Below, in pieces: positions 49,406 to 58,380 of a stretch of 64,000 nt of DNA. Made by a program: the position numbers and the translations under genes. Position 1 is the stretch's first letter. Every line of letters starts with the position of its first letter. The notes beneath the pieces were generated by a model. The model was not told the origin of the DNA and did no database searches. It saw only the letters and a program-made list of their open reading frames with translations. The DNA is from an uncultured archaeon (GTDB lineage Archaea > Iainarchaeota > Iainarchaeia > Iainarchaeales > DTGL01): assembly GCA_964551725.1 (NCBI GenBank), contig CAZKED010000003.1:1-64000 (forward strand). Reading direction: 5' to 3'.

Positions 49406-52063
49406 ATGAATTATAAGAAAAATGTTTTTTTCACTCTTGTTTTTGCGATTCTTTTTTTGTCCACTGTCTTTCTCTCGGGCTGCCCCTGGACTCCGGACAT
49501 AAAACCAAAGCCGACGCCCACCCCGTCAATAACCGGTGCAAAAACTCCGACTTATTCCGCGGGAGAATTCCCGAATCCAATGCTCCTGCTGGCGGCGCCG
49601 GAATTTTCGTACGAGGAAAAAGAATTCAGCAACCCGGAATACTCACTCCCCTTGGCAGAAATGCCGGAAAACTATGCAAGGGACATCGGGGAAAGGATGC
49701 AGCTTTCACTCGGCTACGGGGAACAGGAAACACTGCTCCAGAACGGCGCGGTAATCGTTCCGGGGGAGGAATTCGACCGCTTTGAGCACGCGTTCGGCAG
49801 GCTGAGCAATATGGACGTGCCTGTCTTCATTACCTCCGATTCCGTACTGCACTTGTACCATATAGAATTCAACGAAATTCTGAAGAACCTGGAAATGAAA
49901 AAGCTCTCTGGAATGCTCAAGGCATTGCTCGAATCCTTAATCGTTGAATCAACGGAGCAGTACAATGGCTTGGAGAACACTGAACTGAAAGAACTGTCCG
50001 GAAGGAACATCGCCTATCTTTCAGTGGCAATAAAGCTATTGGAGCCGGATTATCCCGTTCCTGCATTCGTGGAAGAAGACGTGGAAAAAGAACTGGAAAG
50101 AATTGAAGAACATGAGGGCTTTTTTCTGGGAGAACTTTTCAGCAAGGACTGCCCGCAGGAATGCGTGAACTATTTTTTCCCTCCCGGCGAAGACTACAAA
50201 TGCAGCCAGGCAGTTAAAGGGCTGAAAATAACATACCAGGGAGAAGAATGGGACCTGCTGGAATTCTACAGGGATGTCTGCACAAAAAAATGCTACTGTG
50301 AGGACTACTCGCAGTACGTGCCCAGAGGTCACTACACCGCAACCGAGGGACTGAAGCGCTACTTCAAGTCAATGATGTGGCTGGGAAGAATGACGTTCAA
50401 AGCGCGCGGCGAAAACTGGACAAAGCAGGCAGTGCTTCTCACGGACGCGGCAAAATCCGCAAAAGCGGAATTCGAGGGCAAAGAATACAAGGCATCAGAG
50501 CTCTGGGACAGCATTTACAACATCACAGGATTCTTTGCAGGAGCAAGCGACGACCTGACATTCTACGAATACGACTCAGCCGTGCAGGAACTGTTCGGAG
50601 CGGAATTCAGCGAGGAAGAATCCCTGAACCAAGAAATCGCAGGGGAAATGCAGGGAGAAATAGCGAAAATGCGCGGTCCCAAAATACTCGGCGGATTTGA
50701 AATCGACATAGCGGGAAACCTGCAGGACCTGACGCAGGGCATGCGCCTGATGGGGCAGAGGTACGCTCTCGATTCCCATATACTGGGCGACATGGTTTAC
50801 AAGAATGTTGGACCGAACGTTGATTCGCCGTACTACGGCGAAGTGCTGGACTACTGCACTACGACGAGCTGCCTGGGCATTCCCGCCTGCAGCAGGGAAA
50901 GGGAATTCTATCATTCCTGCGAAAGCATGGAGGAAGACAGGGAAAAATACTGGAATGAAGTGTGCGGTTCTGCGGTTGAACTTTACTGCGGCTGCTCTGG
51001 ATGCAGCGTGACAACCCCGGGGGAAAACATTGCAAAGCTTTACAGCGTGTGCAGGTTCATGCCTTCCGGATTGGACGTAATGAGTGCATTGGGCTCGGAA
51101 AAAGCATCGCAGGTTCTCGAAGAGAACTACAAGGCGGGATACTGCAATTACGACGGAAAAACCGGGGAAATGAAATCATTGGTTGATTCCTATTCAGAGG
51201 AAAAGTGGACCGAGAACTTGTACAACGCATGGCTCTGGATGCTGCAGCCGGTTCTCAGGGAGAAACCTGCCGGCTACCCTGAATGGATGCGCTCGGAAAC
51301 ATGGAAATCAAAAGACCTCATTACAGCGCTTGCAAGCTGGGCTGAACTGAGGCACGACACAATTCTTTACGTGAAGCAGAGTTACACATGGGCTGCGGGA
51401 ATAATGGCAACAAGCGCGGAACCAATAGAGGCAAAATACTACGGTTACGTTGAAGCAAACCCGGAATTGTTCGCCCGCGCCAAGTACTCCTCGGACTTTT
51501 TGCTACAGGGCTTGGAGGAAAGAGGCGTAATGACCGGCGAAGTGAAAACCGCCCTGGAAAGGAGCTCTGAAATGATGGGCAGACTGCAGGAAATAGCGGA
51601 AAAAGAGCTTGAAGGGGAAGAATTGAGCGAGGGGGAATACGACTACATTAAAAACATTGGCTCGTTGTTCGACTCCATTCTGACGGAGCTGGCATCCGCG
51701 CTTACCGTAACAGAGGGAGCCCCGGGCCCGAATATGGAGAAAAGCACTTCCCTCGAGGGAAAGGACGACGCGTTCAAAACAAGCATGGTTGCCGACGTGC
51801 ACACTGAAACAAACTCCAAACGCGTGCTTGAAGTGGGAACGGGCAAAGTTGACTGGCTGTTGGTGGCGCACAAGGCAAAGGACGGCAGGATTGGCATAGC
51901 AGCAGGACCTATGTTTTCCTACTACGAGTTCGCCTGGCCGATGGACGACCGCTTGACTGACGAAAAATGGCGCTCCGAAGTTTTGGGAACAATGGAAAGA
52001 CCGCTGTTATACAGCGGAACCGGGATTCCCTGTGCCCTGCAAGCGTATCACATCGCGAAATAA
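49406..52063 (+). CDS. DUF3160-like lipoprotein with Cys-rich insertions
   Basis: LSGC lipobox; FITSDSVLHLYH, DYSQYVPRGHYT, LASWAELRHDTILYVKQSY, VADVHT, GPMFSYYEF. Confidence 0.85.
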   Translation: MNYKKNVFFTLVFAILFLSTVFLSGCPWTPDIKPKPTPTPSITGAKTPTYSAGEFPNPMLLLAAPEFSYEEKEFSNPEYSLPLAEMPENYARDIGERMQLSLGYGEQETLLQNGAVIVPGEEFDRFEHAFGRLSNMDVPVFITSDSVLHLYHIEFNEILKNLEMKKLSGMLKALLESLIVESTEQYNGLENTELKELSGRNIAYLSVAIKLLEPDYPVPAFVEEDVEKELERIEEHEGFFLGELFSKDCPQECVNYFFPPGEDYKCSQAVKGLKITYQGEEWDLLEFYRDVCTKKCYCEDYSQYVPRGHYTATEGLKRYFKSMMWLGRMTFKARGENWTKQAVLLTDAAKSAKAEFEGKEYKASELWDSIYNITGFFAGASDDLTFYEYDSAVQELFGAEFSEEESLNQEIAGEMQGEIAKMRGPKILGGFEIDIAGNLQDLTQGMRLMGQRYALDSHILGDMVYKNVGPNVDSPYYGEVLDYCTTTSCLGIPACSREREFYHSCESMEEDREKYWNEVCGSAVELYCGCSGCSVTTPGENIAKLYSVCRFMPSGLDVMSALGSEKASQVLEENYKAGYCNYDGKTGEMKSLVDSYSEEKWTENLYNAWLWMLQPVLREKPAGYPEWMRSETWKSKDLITALASWAELRHDTILYVKQSYTWAAGIMATSAEPIEAKYYGYVEANPELFARAKYSSDFLLQGLEERGVMTGEVKTALERSSEMMGRLQEIAEKELEGEELSEGEYDYIKNIGSLFDSILTELASALTVTEGAPGPNMEKSTSLEGKDDAFKTSMVADVHTETNSKRVLEVGTGKVDWLLVAHKAKDGRIGIAAGPMFSYYEFAWPMDDRLTDEKWRSEVLGTMERPLLYSGTGIPCALQAYHIAK

Positions 52064-52122
52064 AAAAACAAGAAAAGGGAAAATAAAAGCGGAAGGAATG
52101 GAAAAGGTTCCAGGGAACGCTT

Positions 52123-52497
52123 TCATGCCTCGATTATCCTGCTGGTGTCTATTTTCCTTATCCCTATCTCGAGTTTTCCCGCTGCCTTCCCCCTTATGAG
52201 CTGCCCGCTCACGGGCGTGAAGCCGGTGCTTGTGACAGAAACCCTTATGTGGGGAACGAATTTCCCCCTTTCAATCTGCACCTTTCCGCTTATTGCATTA
52301 AGCTCAAAAGCGCTTGCAAAATTCATTTTGTTGACCCCGCCCGCGGGAGCGTTCGATACAAGTTCAAATTCCTTCAACTTGCCGAAACCGCTTACAATCA
52401 GGCCGTAGGAAATGCTGTTGTCCCTTGCAAGATTCTCAAGTTCCTTCATTATGTCCGAATCATCCTTGAGTTTTAAAACGCATGTTGTTTCAGGCAT
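52123..52497 (-). CDS. PPC/DUF296 domain protein
   Basis: SGFGKL, FELNAISG, PHIRVS.....SGQL (degenerate HxH/GGHL). Confidence 0.75.
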   Translation of the reverse strand: MPETTCVLKLKDDSDIMKELENLARDNSISYGLIVSGFGKLKEFELVSNAPAGGVNKMNFASAFELNAISGKVQIERGKFVPHIRVSVTSTGFTPVSGQLIRGKAAGKLEIGIRKIDTSRIIEA

Positions 52498-52509
52498 TTT
52501 TTTCACCCC

Positions 52510-52539
52510 AAAAAAACAGGGGGGGCACAAGGCCCCCTG
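52510..52539 (-). terminator. GC hairpin plus U7 between the Lys-rich ORF and the PPC gene
   Basis: Minus strand CAGGGGG-N9-CCCCCUG followed by U7. Confidence 0.55.
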
Positions 52540-52563
52540 AATCACCCTTTGCAATTACGAAAA

Positions 52564-52659
52564 TCATTTCTTTTTCTTTTTTGTCTTTTTGCTTTTTGCC
52601 TTAGGCTTTGAAGATTTTTTCTTTTTCGCCTTGGACTTTTTTGTTTTCCTTTTACCCAT
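52564..52659 (-). CDS. 31-aa extremely Lys-rich peptide (not in ORF track)
   Basis: Hand translation: MGKRKTKKSKAKKKKSSKPKAKSKKTKKKKK; AAGGAGG SD; upstream TATA-like element. Confidence 0.7.
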   Translation of the reverse strand: MGKRKTKKSKAKKKKSSKPKAKSKKTKKKKK

Positions 52660-52854
52660 TTAATTCCTCCTTTACAATTAAAGGCAGAATCAGGCAATTT
52701 GCTAGAATCAGTTGAGCTGCCACAGCAAAAATGCTGCCATGCCTAAAATCTATACTATACATCACATCTTATATTTAACCCTATCGCTCCTGCTCCGGTT
52801 TCCCGGAAAAAATTTGCCGCAAAGGATTAAAAATTGCGGAGCAGTAATTCTTTA

Positions 52855-54108
52855 ATGCCGCTGAAAAGAAAACTCTCGCTGTGGGAAGTGACGCTCTGCG
52901 GAATAGGACTAATACTCGGAGCGGGAATTTACGTACTCATAGGCGAGGGCGCGGCATTTTCGCAGAATGCTGTGTGGCTCAGCTTTCTTGCCGGAGCAGT
53001 TATAGCGACGCTGAGCGGGCTGAGTTACGCTGAACTGGCATCGATGTATCCGAAAGCCGGAGCGGAATACGACTATTCAATGCAGGCTTTCGGCAAACGC
53101 GCTGCATTCATTACGGGATGGCTTGCAATATTCGCATCAATTCTGGGTGCCACGACCGTGGCAATTGGATTCGGCAAATATTTCGGAGAATTTTTCGCGC
53201 TGCCTTGGCTTGCTGGAGCAATACTCATAATAGCGATTTCCGCTCTCGTGCTGCTGCTCGGCGTGCAGCAGTCCGCGAGGCTCGGCGCAATAATCACGCT
53301 TATAGAAGCCGCTGGACTTGTGTTCATTGTTTTCATCGGCATTCCATTCCTCGGCAATTTGGAGTTCATGGAATTTCCTCCGGCCGGCGGGGTGTTAAGC
53401 GGCGCAGTCATAGTGTTCTTCGCCTTTCTCGGCTTTGAGGAAGTTGTCAGGTTTTCCGAGGAAACAAAAAATGCGCGGACAACAATTCCCAAGGCGCTCA
53501 TTCTTTCAATTGTTGCCTCCACGGTTCTCTACGTGCTTGTTGCAATTGCCGCGGTCAGCATTGTGGGCTGGGAGGCATTAGCGCAGTCAAACAGCCCTTT
53601 GGCGCTCGTGGCGGAAAGCGTTGCCGGAAACAACGCTTTCACAGCGCTCGCAGTCATCGCGCTTTTTTCAACCGCGAATACCGTTCTGCTTGTAATGCTG
53701 GCTGCATCGCGCCTTCTCTACGGGATAAGCGAGGTGCACGTTCTGCCCAGTGCGCTGCACAGAACATGGAAGAACGGTGTGCCGTGGATTGCTGTTCTGG
53801 CAACAGCTGTTCTCGCGCTTCTTTTCATTGCGCTGGGCGAAATCGGGTTTGTGGCAAGCACCGTGGACTTCGCGCTTTTCCTTATATTCATTATAATTAA
53901 TTTCTCGGTAATAAAGCTCCGCTTCTCAGAGCCGGAAGCGGAAAGACCTTTCAGAGTGCCGCTTTCTATTGGCAGAATGCCGGTGCTGCCCGTGCTCGGC
54001 ATTCTCTCAACGCTTGTGCTCACGGCGAGCGTGAAGCCCGAAGTAATGCTCGTTGGAGCGGCTGTGACTGGAATAGGCGCGGCAATAGCGCTCCTGTTCG
54101 AGCGCTAG
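52855..54108 (+). CDS. APC family amino acid permease
   Basis: ILGAGIY, YAELAS.YPKAG, FFAFLGFE, EETKN...IPKA, RPFRVP. Confidence 0.93.
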   Translation: MPLKRKLSLWEVTLCGIGLILGAGIYVLIGEGAAFSQNAVWLSFLAGAVIATLSGLSYAELASMYPKAGAEYDYSMQAFGKRAAFITGWLAIFASILGATTVAIGFGKYFGEFFALPWLAGAILIIAISALVLLLGVQQSARLGAIITLIEAAGLVFIVFIGIPFLGNLEFMEFPPAGGVLSGAVIVFFAFLGFEEVVRFSEETKNARTTIPKALILSIVASTVLYVLVAIAAVSIVGWEALAQSNSPLALVAESVAGNNAFTALAVIALFSTANTVLLVMLAASRLLYGISEVHVLPSALHRTWKNGVPWIAVLATAVLALLFIALGEIGFVASTVDFALFLIFIIINFSVIKLRFSEPEAERPFRVPLSIGRMPVLPVLGILSTLVLTASVKPEVMLVGAAVTGIGAAIALLFER

Positions 54109-54151
54109 GACGCGGAAAAAAATATTTAAACTCTTTCCATCCAATTTTCCC

Positions 54152-54775
54152 ATGGGCGTTCCTAAAAGAGCAATTGACCTCCTCGCTTTCTTATACATAA
54201 CGGCGGTTTTGGGGCTTATTTTTCTGCACCTGGATTCCTTTATTGCCCTGACCGCAGCGTTCCCCCTGCCCATGGGATTCCTCAAGTTTGCTGCGCTCGC
54301 CACTTTCGGCGAATTTGTGAAGATACGCCGCTCTACCGGAAAATGGGACTTCGGGGACTGGCTTCCCAAACTCGTTGTGTGGGGAGCGTTCGGCATATGG
54401 TTCGCGATAATTTTTCCGCTGTTCGGCGCGGGAACTGCGGCAATAATTGAAAAGGGGCTCTGGCCGGATTTTGGTCCTGTGTTCACAGCGTTTTCCACAA
54501 GCCTGTTCATGAATCTGCTCGCGCTTTACGCCTGGCCCATGATGCTACTGCACGAGTACTGCAACAGGGTGATTGAAAAGAGGAGATTTGTTTCTCCGGC
54601 GAAATTCGGCGAAAAACTGGACAAGGGCGCCTGGTTCAGGTTCATTCCCCTGACAATAGTGTTCTTCTGGCTGCCCGCTCACACAATTACCTTCATGCTG
54701 CCTGAAGAACTCCGCGTTTTAATGGCGGCGCTCCTCTCGACAGCGCTCGGGTTCATTCTTACGATTAAGAAGTGA
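54152..54775 (+). CDS. Mpv17/PMP22-like membrane protein
   Basis: FFWLPAHTITFMLP..LRVL C-terminal motif. Confidence 0.65.
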   Translation: MGVPKRAIDLLAFLYITAVLGLIFLHLDSFIALTAAFPLPMGFLKFAALATFGEFVKIRRSTGKWDFGDWLPKLVVWGAFGIWFAIIFPLFGAGTAAIIEKGLWPDFGPVFTAFSTSLFMNLLALYAWPMMLLHEYCNRVIEKRRFVSPAKFGEKLDKGAWFRFIPLTIVFFWLPAHTITFMLPEELRVLMAALLSTALGFILTIKK

Positions 54776-54985
54776 TTATTTTTTCCCGCGGCGTCTTCTG
54801 CGGCTGGGCCGAGCCGGCTCTCCGCCGCGCTTTTTCCAGAAAATTATTTCCCTCTCCGCTGTTGCTGAATCGACCGCGGAACCCGGCTGGGTGAGAGCTC
54901 TTCCCCATTCTTCAACCTCTCGCCGAGCCCTGCTCTTGGGCGAGCCGTGACCTCTTCCGTCCCTGTAAACATGCCTTCTGCGCAT
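54776..54985 (-). CDS. Arg-rich hypothetical protein (69 aa)
   Basis: Fills the intergenic gap; TTAAAAA about 20-25 nt upstream suggests a leaderless start. Confidence 0.4.
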   Translation of the reverse strand: MRRRHVYRDGRGHGSPKSRARREVEEWGRALTQPGSAVDSATAEREIIFWKKRGGEPARPSRRRRRGKK

Positions 54986-55064
54986 AAAGTAATTACTAGC
55001 CCAAGCTTTTTAAGCTTTAGCCGGCTTAAGTTTTCCATGCCTGTTTTTCCGCGGGGGTTTTAAA

Positions 55065-56240
55065 GTGCCCATAGCACATTACATTGAAGAAGCGGAGCGC
55101 GATTCCTCGTGGATAAGAAAAATGTTTTCCCTAGGCATTGAAATGAGGAAAGAACACCTCGGGGAAAAAATAGCCGATTTTTCAATAGGAAACCCGCACC
55201 TCTCCCCGCCGAAAGAATTTATTGAAGCGCTCCGCGCGCACGCGGGGGACAAGGACATCCATAGATACATGCCCAACGCCGGCTTTACGGACGTAAGGGA
55301 AAGAATCGCGGGATGGCTGGAAAAAAAATTCGGCATTCCTTTCCGCACGGAACACGTTGTCATGACTGTTGGTGCGGCAGGCGGAATGAATGCCGCGCTG
55401 AAAACGGTGCTGAATGCCGGTGAAGAAGTACTGCTGCTCGAGCCCTGGTTCTGCGAGTACAAGTTTTACGCAGAAAACCATGGGGGAAGGACAACAGTGG
55501 CGCGGACAAGGGAAAACTTCGACCTCGACTTCAAAGAACTCGGAAAAAAAATCACGGAAAAAACGCGCGCAATAATCTTCAATTCCCCGAACAACCCCAC
55601 GGGAAAGGTGTACAGCGAAAAAGAGCTGCAGGAGTTCGCGGAACTGCTCCGCGGGAAGCAGGAAGAATTTAACTCCCAGATTTACGTTTTGTCCGACGAG
55701 CCATACAGGGAAATAGTGTTCGAGGGCAAAAAAATCGCGCCCAGCATATGCTCCTATTACGAAAATTCCTTCATGATTTACTCCTGGTCGAAAAGCCTCA
55801 ACCTGCCGGGGGAAAGAATAGGGTACATTGCCGCGCACCCTGAACTTGACGACAAGCGCATTTACGGAAAGCTCGCGTTCACCAACAGGATTCTCGGGTA
55901 TGTGAACGCCCCCGCGCTCATGCAGAAAGCGGTTGCGGACGTTCTGGACCTGACAGTGGACATTTCGCCTTACAGGGGGGGAAGAAGAATTATTTCCCCG
56001 GCTTTAAGGAAAGCCGGTTATGAATTCACGGAACCGGAGGGAACGTTTTATTTTTTCCCGAAAAGCCCCTTGGAAAACGAACTGGAATTCGTTGAAAAAG
56101 CCGCGGAAAAACTCGTGCTTGTGACGCCGGGCCGCGGCTTCGGGAGAAAGGGCTATTTCAGGATTTCCTACGCAACCGACAGAGAATCAATTGAACTGGG
56201 CGCGGAAAGGCTTGCCGAACTGGCGGGTGAAATCAAATGA
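55065..56240 (+). CDS. PLP-dependent class I (aspartate/aromatic) aminotransferase
   Basis: FSIGNP, NSPNNPTG, SDEPY, SWSKSLNLPGERIG, FRISY. Confidence 0.93.
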   Translation: MPIAHYIEEAERDSSWIRKMFSLGIEMRKEHLGEKIADFSIGNPHLSPPKEFIEALRAHAGDKDIHRYMPNAGFTDVRERIAGWLEKKFGIPFRTEHVVMTVGAAGGMNAALKTVLNAGEEVLLLEPWFCEYKFYAENHGGRTTVARTRENFDLDFKELGKKITEKTRAIIFNSPNNPTGKVYSEKELQEFAELLRGKQEEFNSQIYVLSDEPYREIVFEGKKIAPSICSYYENSFMIYSWSKSLNLPGERIGYIAAHPELDDKRIYGKLAFTNRILGYVNAPALMQKAVADVLDLTVDISPYRGGRRIISPALRKAGYEFTEPEGTFYFFPKSPLENELEFVEKAAEKLVLVTPGRGFGRKGYFRISYATDRESIELGAERLAELAGEIK

Positions 56241-57811
56241 AAAAAGAAATCGTCCTCGGGGACGAAGCGCTCGCTCTGGGGGCGGTTGACGCGGGAATTT
56301 CATGCGCTTTCGCTTATCCCGGAACGCCGAGCACGGAAATAGCCGAGTTCCTCATTTCAGGGCAAAAAGAATTCGGCATCCGCGCGGAATGGTGCGCCAA
56401 CGAAAAAACAGCGTTCGAAGCCGCGCTAGGCGCCTCGTTCGCCGGCAAGCGGGCTCTCGTTTCAATGAAGCACGTTGGATTGAATGTTGCAGCGGATGCT
56501 TTCATGAATTCCGCAATCTCGGGAGTGAAAGGCGGCCTGGTTGTTGCGGTGGCTGACGACCCGGGCATGCATTCCTCGCAGAACGAACAGGACTCTCGCT
56601 ATTATGCGGATTTTGCCAAAATTTTGTGCCTGGAGCCCTGCAACGCGCAGGAAGCATACGATTTCACGCGCAAAGCATTCGCCCTTTCCGAGGAACTGGG
56701 CATTCCCGTAATGGTGCGCTTGGTCACGAGAATTGCGCACACGCGCGAGGAAATAGAGCGCGGGGAAAAGCGCGGGCAGAACGCGCTGGACGAGAAAATG
56801 AAGTGGAACGAATGGGTTTTGCTGCCGTTGAACGCGCGGGTCCAGTTCAGGAAACTGCTGGAAAAAAAGCCCCTTCTTCTGGAAAAGTCCGGGGAATTCG
56901 TGGAAAGCGGGAAGGGAAAAGGAAAGCGCGGCGTTATTTGCGCGGGAAACGCGTTCAATTATTTCATGGAAGCGGGCAGCGGAATCCCTTGCCTCAAAAT
57001 TTCCTCCTATCCCCTGCCAGAGGAAAAAATAAGGGAATTTATCGCCGGTCTTGACGAGATTGTCGTGCTCGAGGACGGCTATCCTTTCATAGAGGAAAAA
57101 CTCGCTGGAATGTTCGGACTGCAGGGAAAAAAAGTGCTCGGAAAGCTCTCAGGGCTCATTCCGAAGGACGGCGAACTCACGCCCGAAAGCGTCAAGAAGG
57201 CGCTTGGAATCAGGGCGAGAATTCCTTTCTCCGTTGAAAAGGAATTTTTGGCGGGAAGACCGCCGCAGCCGTGCAAGGGCTGCCCGCATTCAGACCTTTA
57301 CAGGGCGCTCAATGAAGCCGTAAAGGAATTTCCCGGTGCAATGGTTTTCGGCGACATCGGCTGTTACACTTTGGGGGCATTAAAACCATTTCTTTCAATT
57401 AACACCTGCATTGAAATGGGCTCCTCCGTTAACATGTCCCGCGGCGCTTCGGTTGCAGGGGCAAGGCATTCAATCGGGGTCATAGGCGATTCAACTTTTG
57501 TGCACGGGGGAATGCCCGCCCTGGCTGAAGCGGCGAAAAGGAAATCAAACATCACCCTGATTGTTCTGGACAACAGCACGGTTGCAATGACCGGGGGGCA
57601 GGAAACAATCGCGCAAGGCGAAGAACTTGTGAGAATCTGCGAAGGACTGGGCATTGAAAAAGAGCACGTTAAAGTCATAGAGCCGCTGCCCGGAAAGCAT
57701 AGGGAGAATGCTGAAGTGCTCAAAGGGGAAATTTCGTACAATGGAGCGAGCGTGGTGATCTCAAAGCGCGCGTGCATTCAGATACTGAAAAGGCTGGCGA
57801 AAAAGAAATGA
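56237..57811 (+). CDS. iorA: indolepyruvate:ferredoxin oxidoreductase alpha subunit
   Basis: YPGTPSTE, NEKTA.E, MKHVGLNVAAD, SSQNEQD, C.GCPH, GDIGC, IGDSTF. Confidence 0.95.
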   Translation: MKKEIVLGDEALALGAVDAGISCAFAYPGTPSTEIAEFLISGQKEFGIRAEWCANEKTAFEAALGASFAGKRALVSMKHVGLNVAADAFMNSAISGVKGGLVVAVADDPGMHSSQNEQDSRYYADFAKILCLEPCNAQEAYDFTRKAFALSEELGIPVMVRLVTRIAHTREEIERGEKRGQNALDEKMKWNEWVLLPLNARVQFRKLLEKKPLLLEKSGEFVESGKGKGKRGVICAGNAFNYFMEAGSGIPCLKISSYPLPEEKIREFIAGLDEIVVLEDGYPFIEEKLAGMFGLQGKKVLGKLSGLIPKDGELTPESVKKALGIRARIPFSVEKEFLAGRPPQPCKGCPHSDLYRALNEAVKEFPGAMVFGDIGCYTLGALKPFLSINTCIEMGSSVNMSRGASVAGARHSIGVIGDSTFVHGGMPALAEAAKRKSNITLIVLDNSTVAMTGGQETIAQGEELVRICEGLGIEKEHVKVIEPLPGKHRENAEVLKGEISYNGASVVISKRACIQILKRLAKKK

Positions 57812-58371
57812 AAAAGAACATTTTAATCTGCGGAGTCGGGGGGCAGGGCGTCCTGACAATTGCCAAAATAATAGTGATTGCGGCACAGAGCCAGGGAGTG
57901 AAATTCAAGCAGAACGAAGTCCACGGAATGAGCCAGCGCGGCGGCTCGGTGTACGTTCACCTGCGTTTGTCCAGCGAGAAAATTTTTTCCCCCATCATTC
58001 CCAAGGGGGAAGCGGATATCGTCCTTTCACTGGAGCCGATGGAGGCACTGCGCTATGCCCCTTTCCTTGCCAGAGGCGGTGTTTTCGTTTCAAGTTCCGC
58101 GCAGGTTAAGAACATCGAATACGATTACGGGAAAACAATAGAAAAAATCCGCGCGCTGGGGGGAAACCCCTTGGATTCCCGAAAGCTTGCGGAGGAAGCC
58201 GGAAATGCCCTCACGGAAAACGTCGTACTGCTCGGCGCCGTGAGCCCCGCGCTCGGATTGAAGGAAGGCGCGCTGGAGCAGGCACTGGAAAGAGCATTCG
58301 CTTCCAGGGACGGGGAAATCCTTAAAATCAACCTTAAAGCATTCGCCCTCGGAAAGAAAGCCCTTGCCTGA
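57808..58371 (+). CDS. iorB: indolepyruvate:ferredoxin oxidoreductase beta subunit
   Basis: GVGGQG, EVHGMSQRGGSV, EPMEALR. Confidence 0.95.
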   Translation: MKKNILICGVGGQGVLTIAKIIVIAAQSQGVKFKQNEVHGMSQRGGSVYVHLRLSSEKIFSPIIPKGEADIVLSLEPMEALRYAPFLARGGVFVSSSAQVKNIEYDYGKTIEKIRALGGNPLDSRKLAEEAGNALTENVVLLGAVSPALGLKEGALEQALERAFASRDGEILKINLKAFALGKKALA

Positions 58372-58380
58372 ACTGCGTAA

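Noticed and set aside
54844-55038. Alternative 64-aa ORF overlapping 54776..54985
   Set aside because: It runs through the likely promoter; the other frame fits the TATA spacing better, though neither is certain
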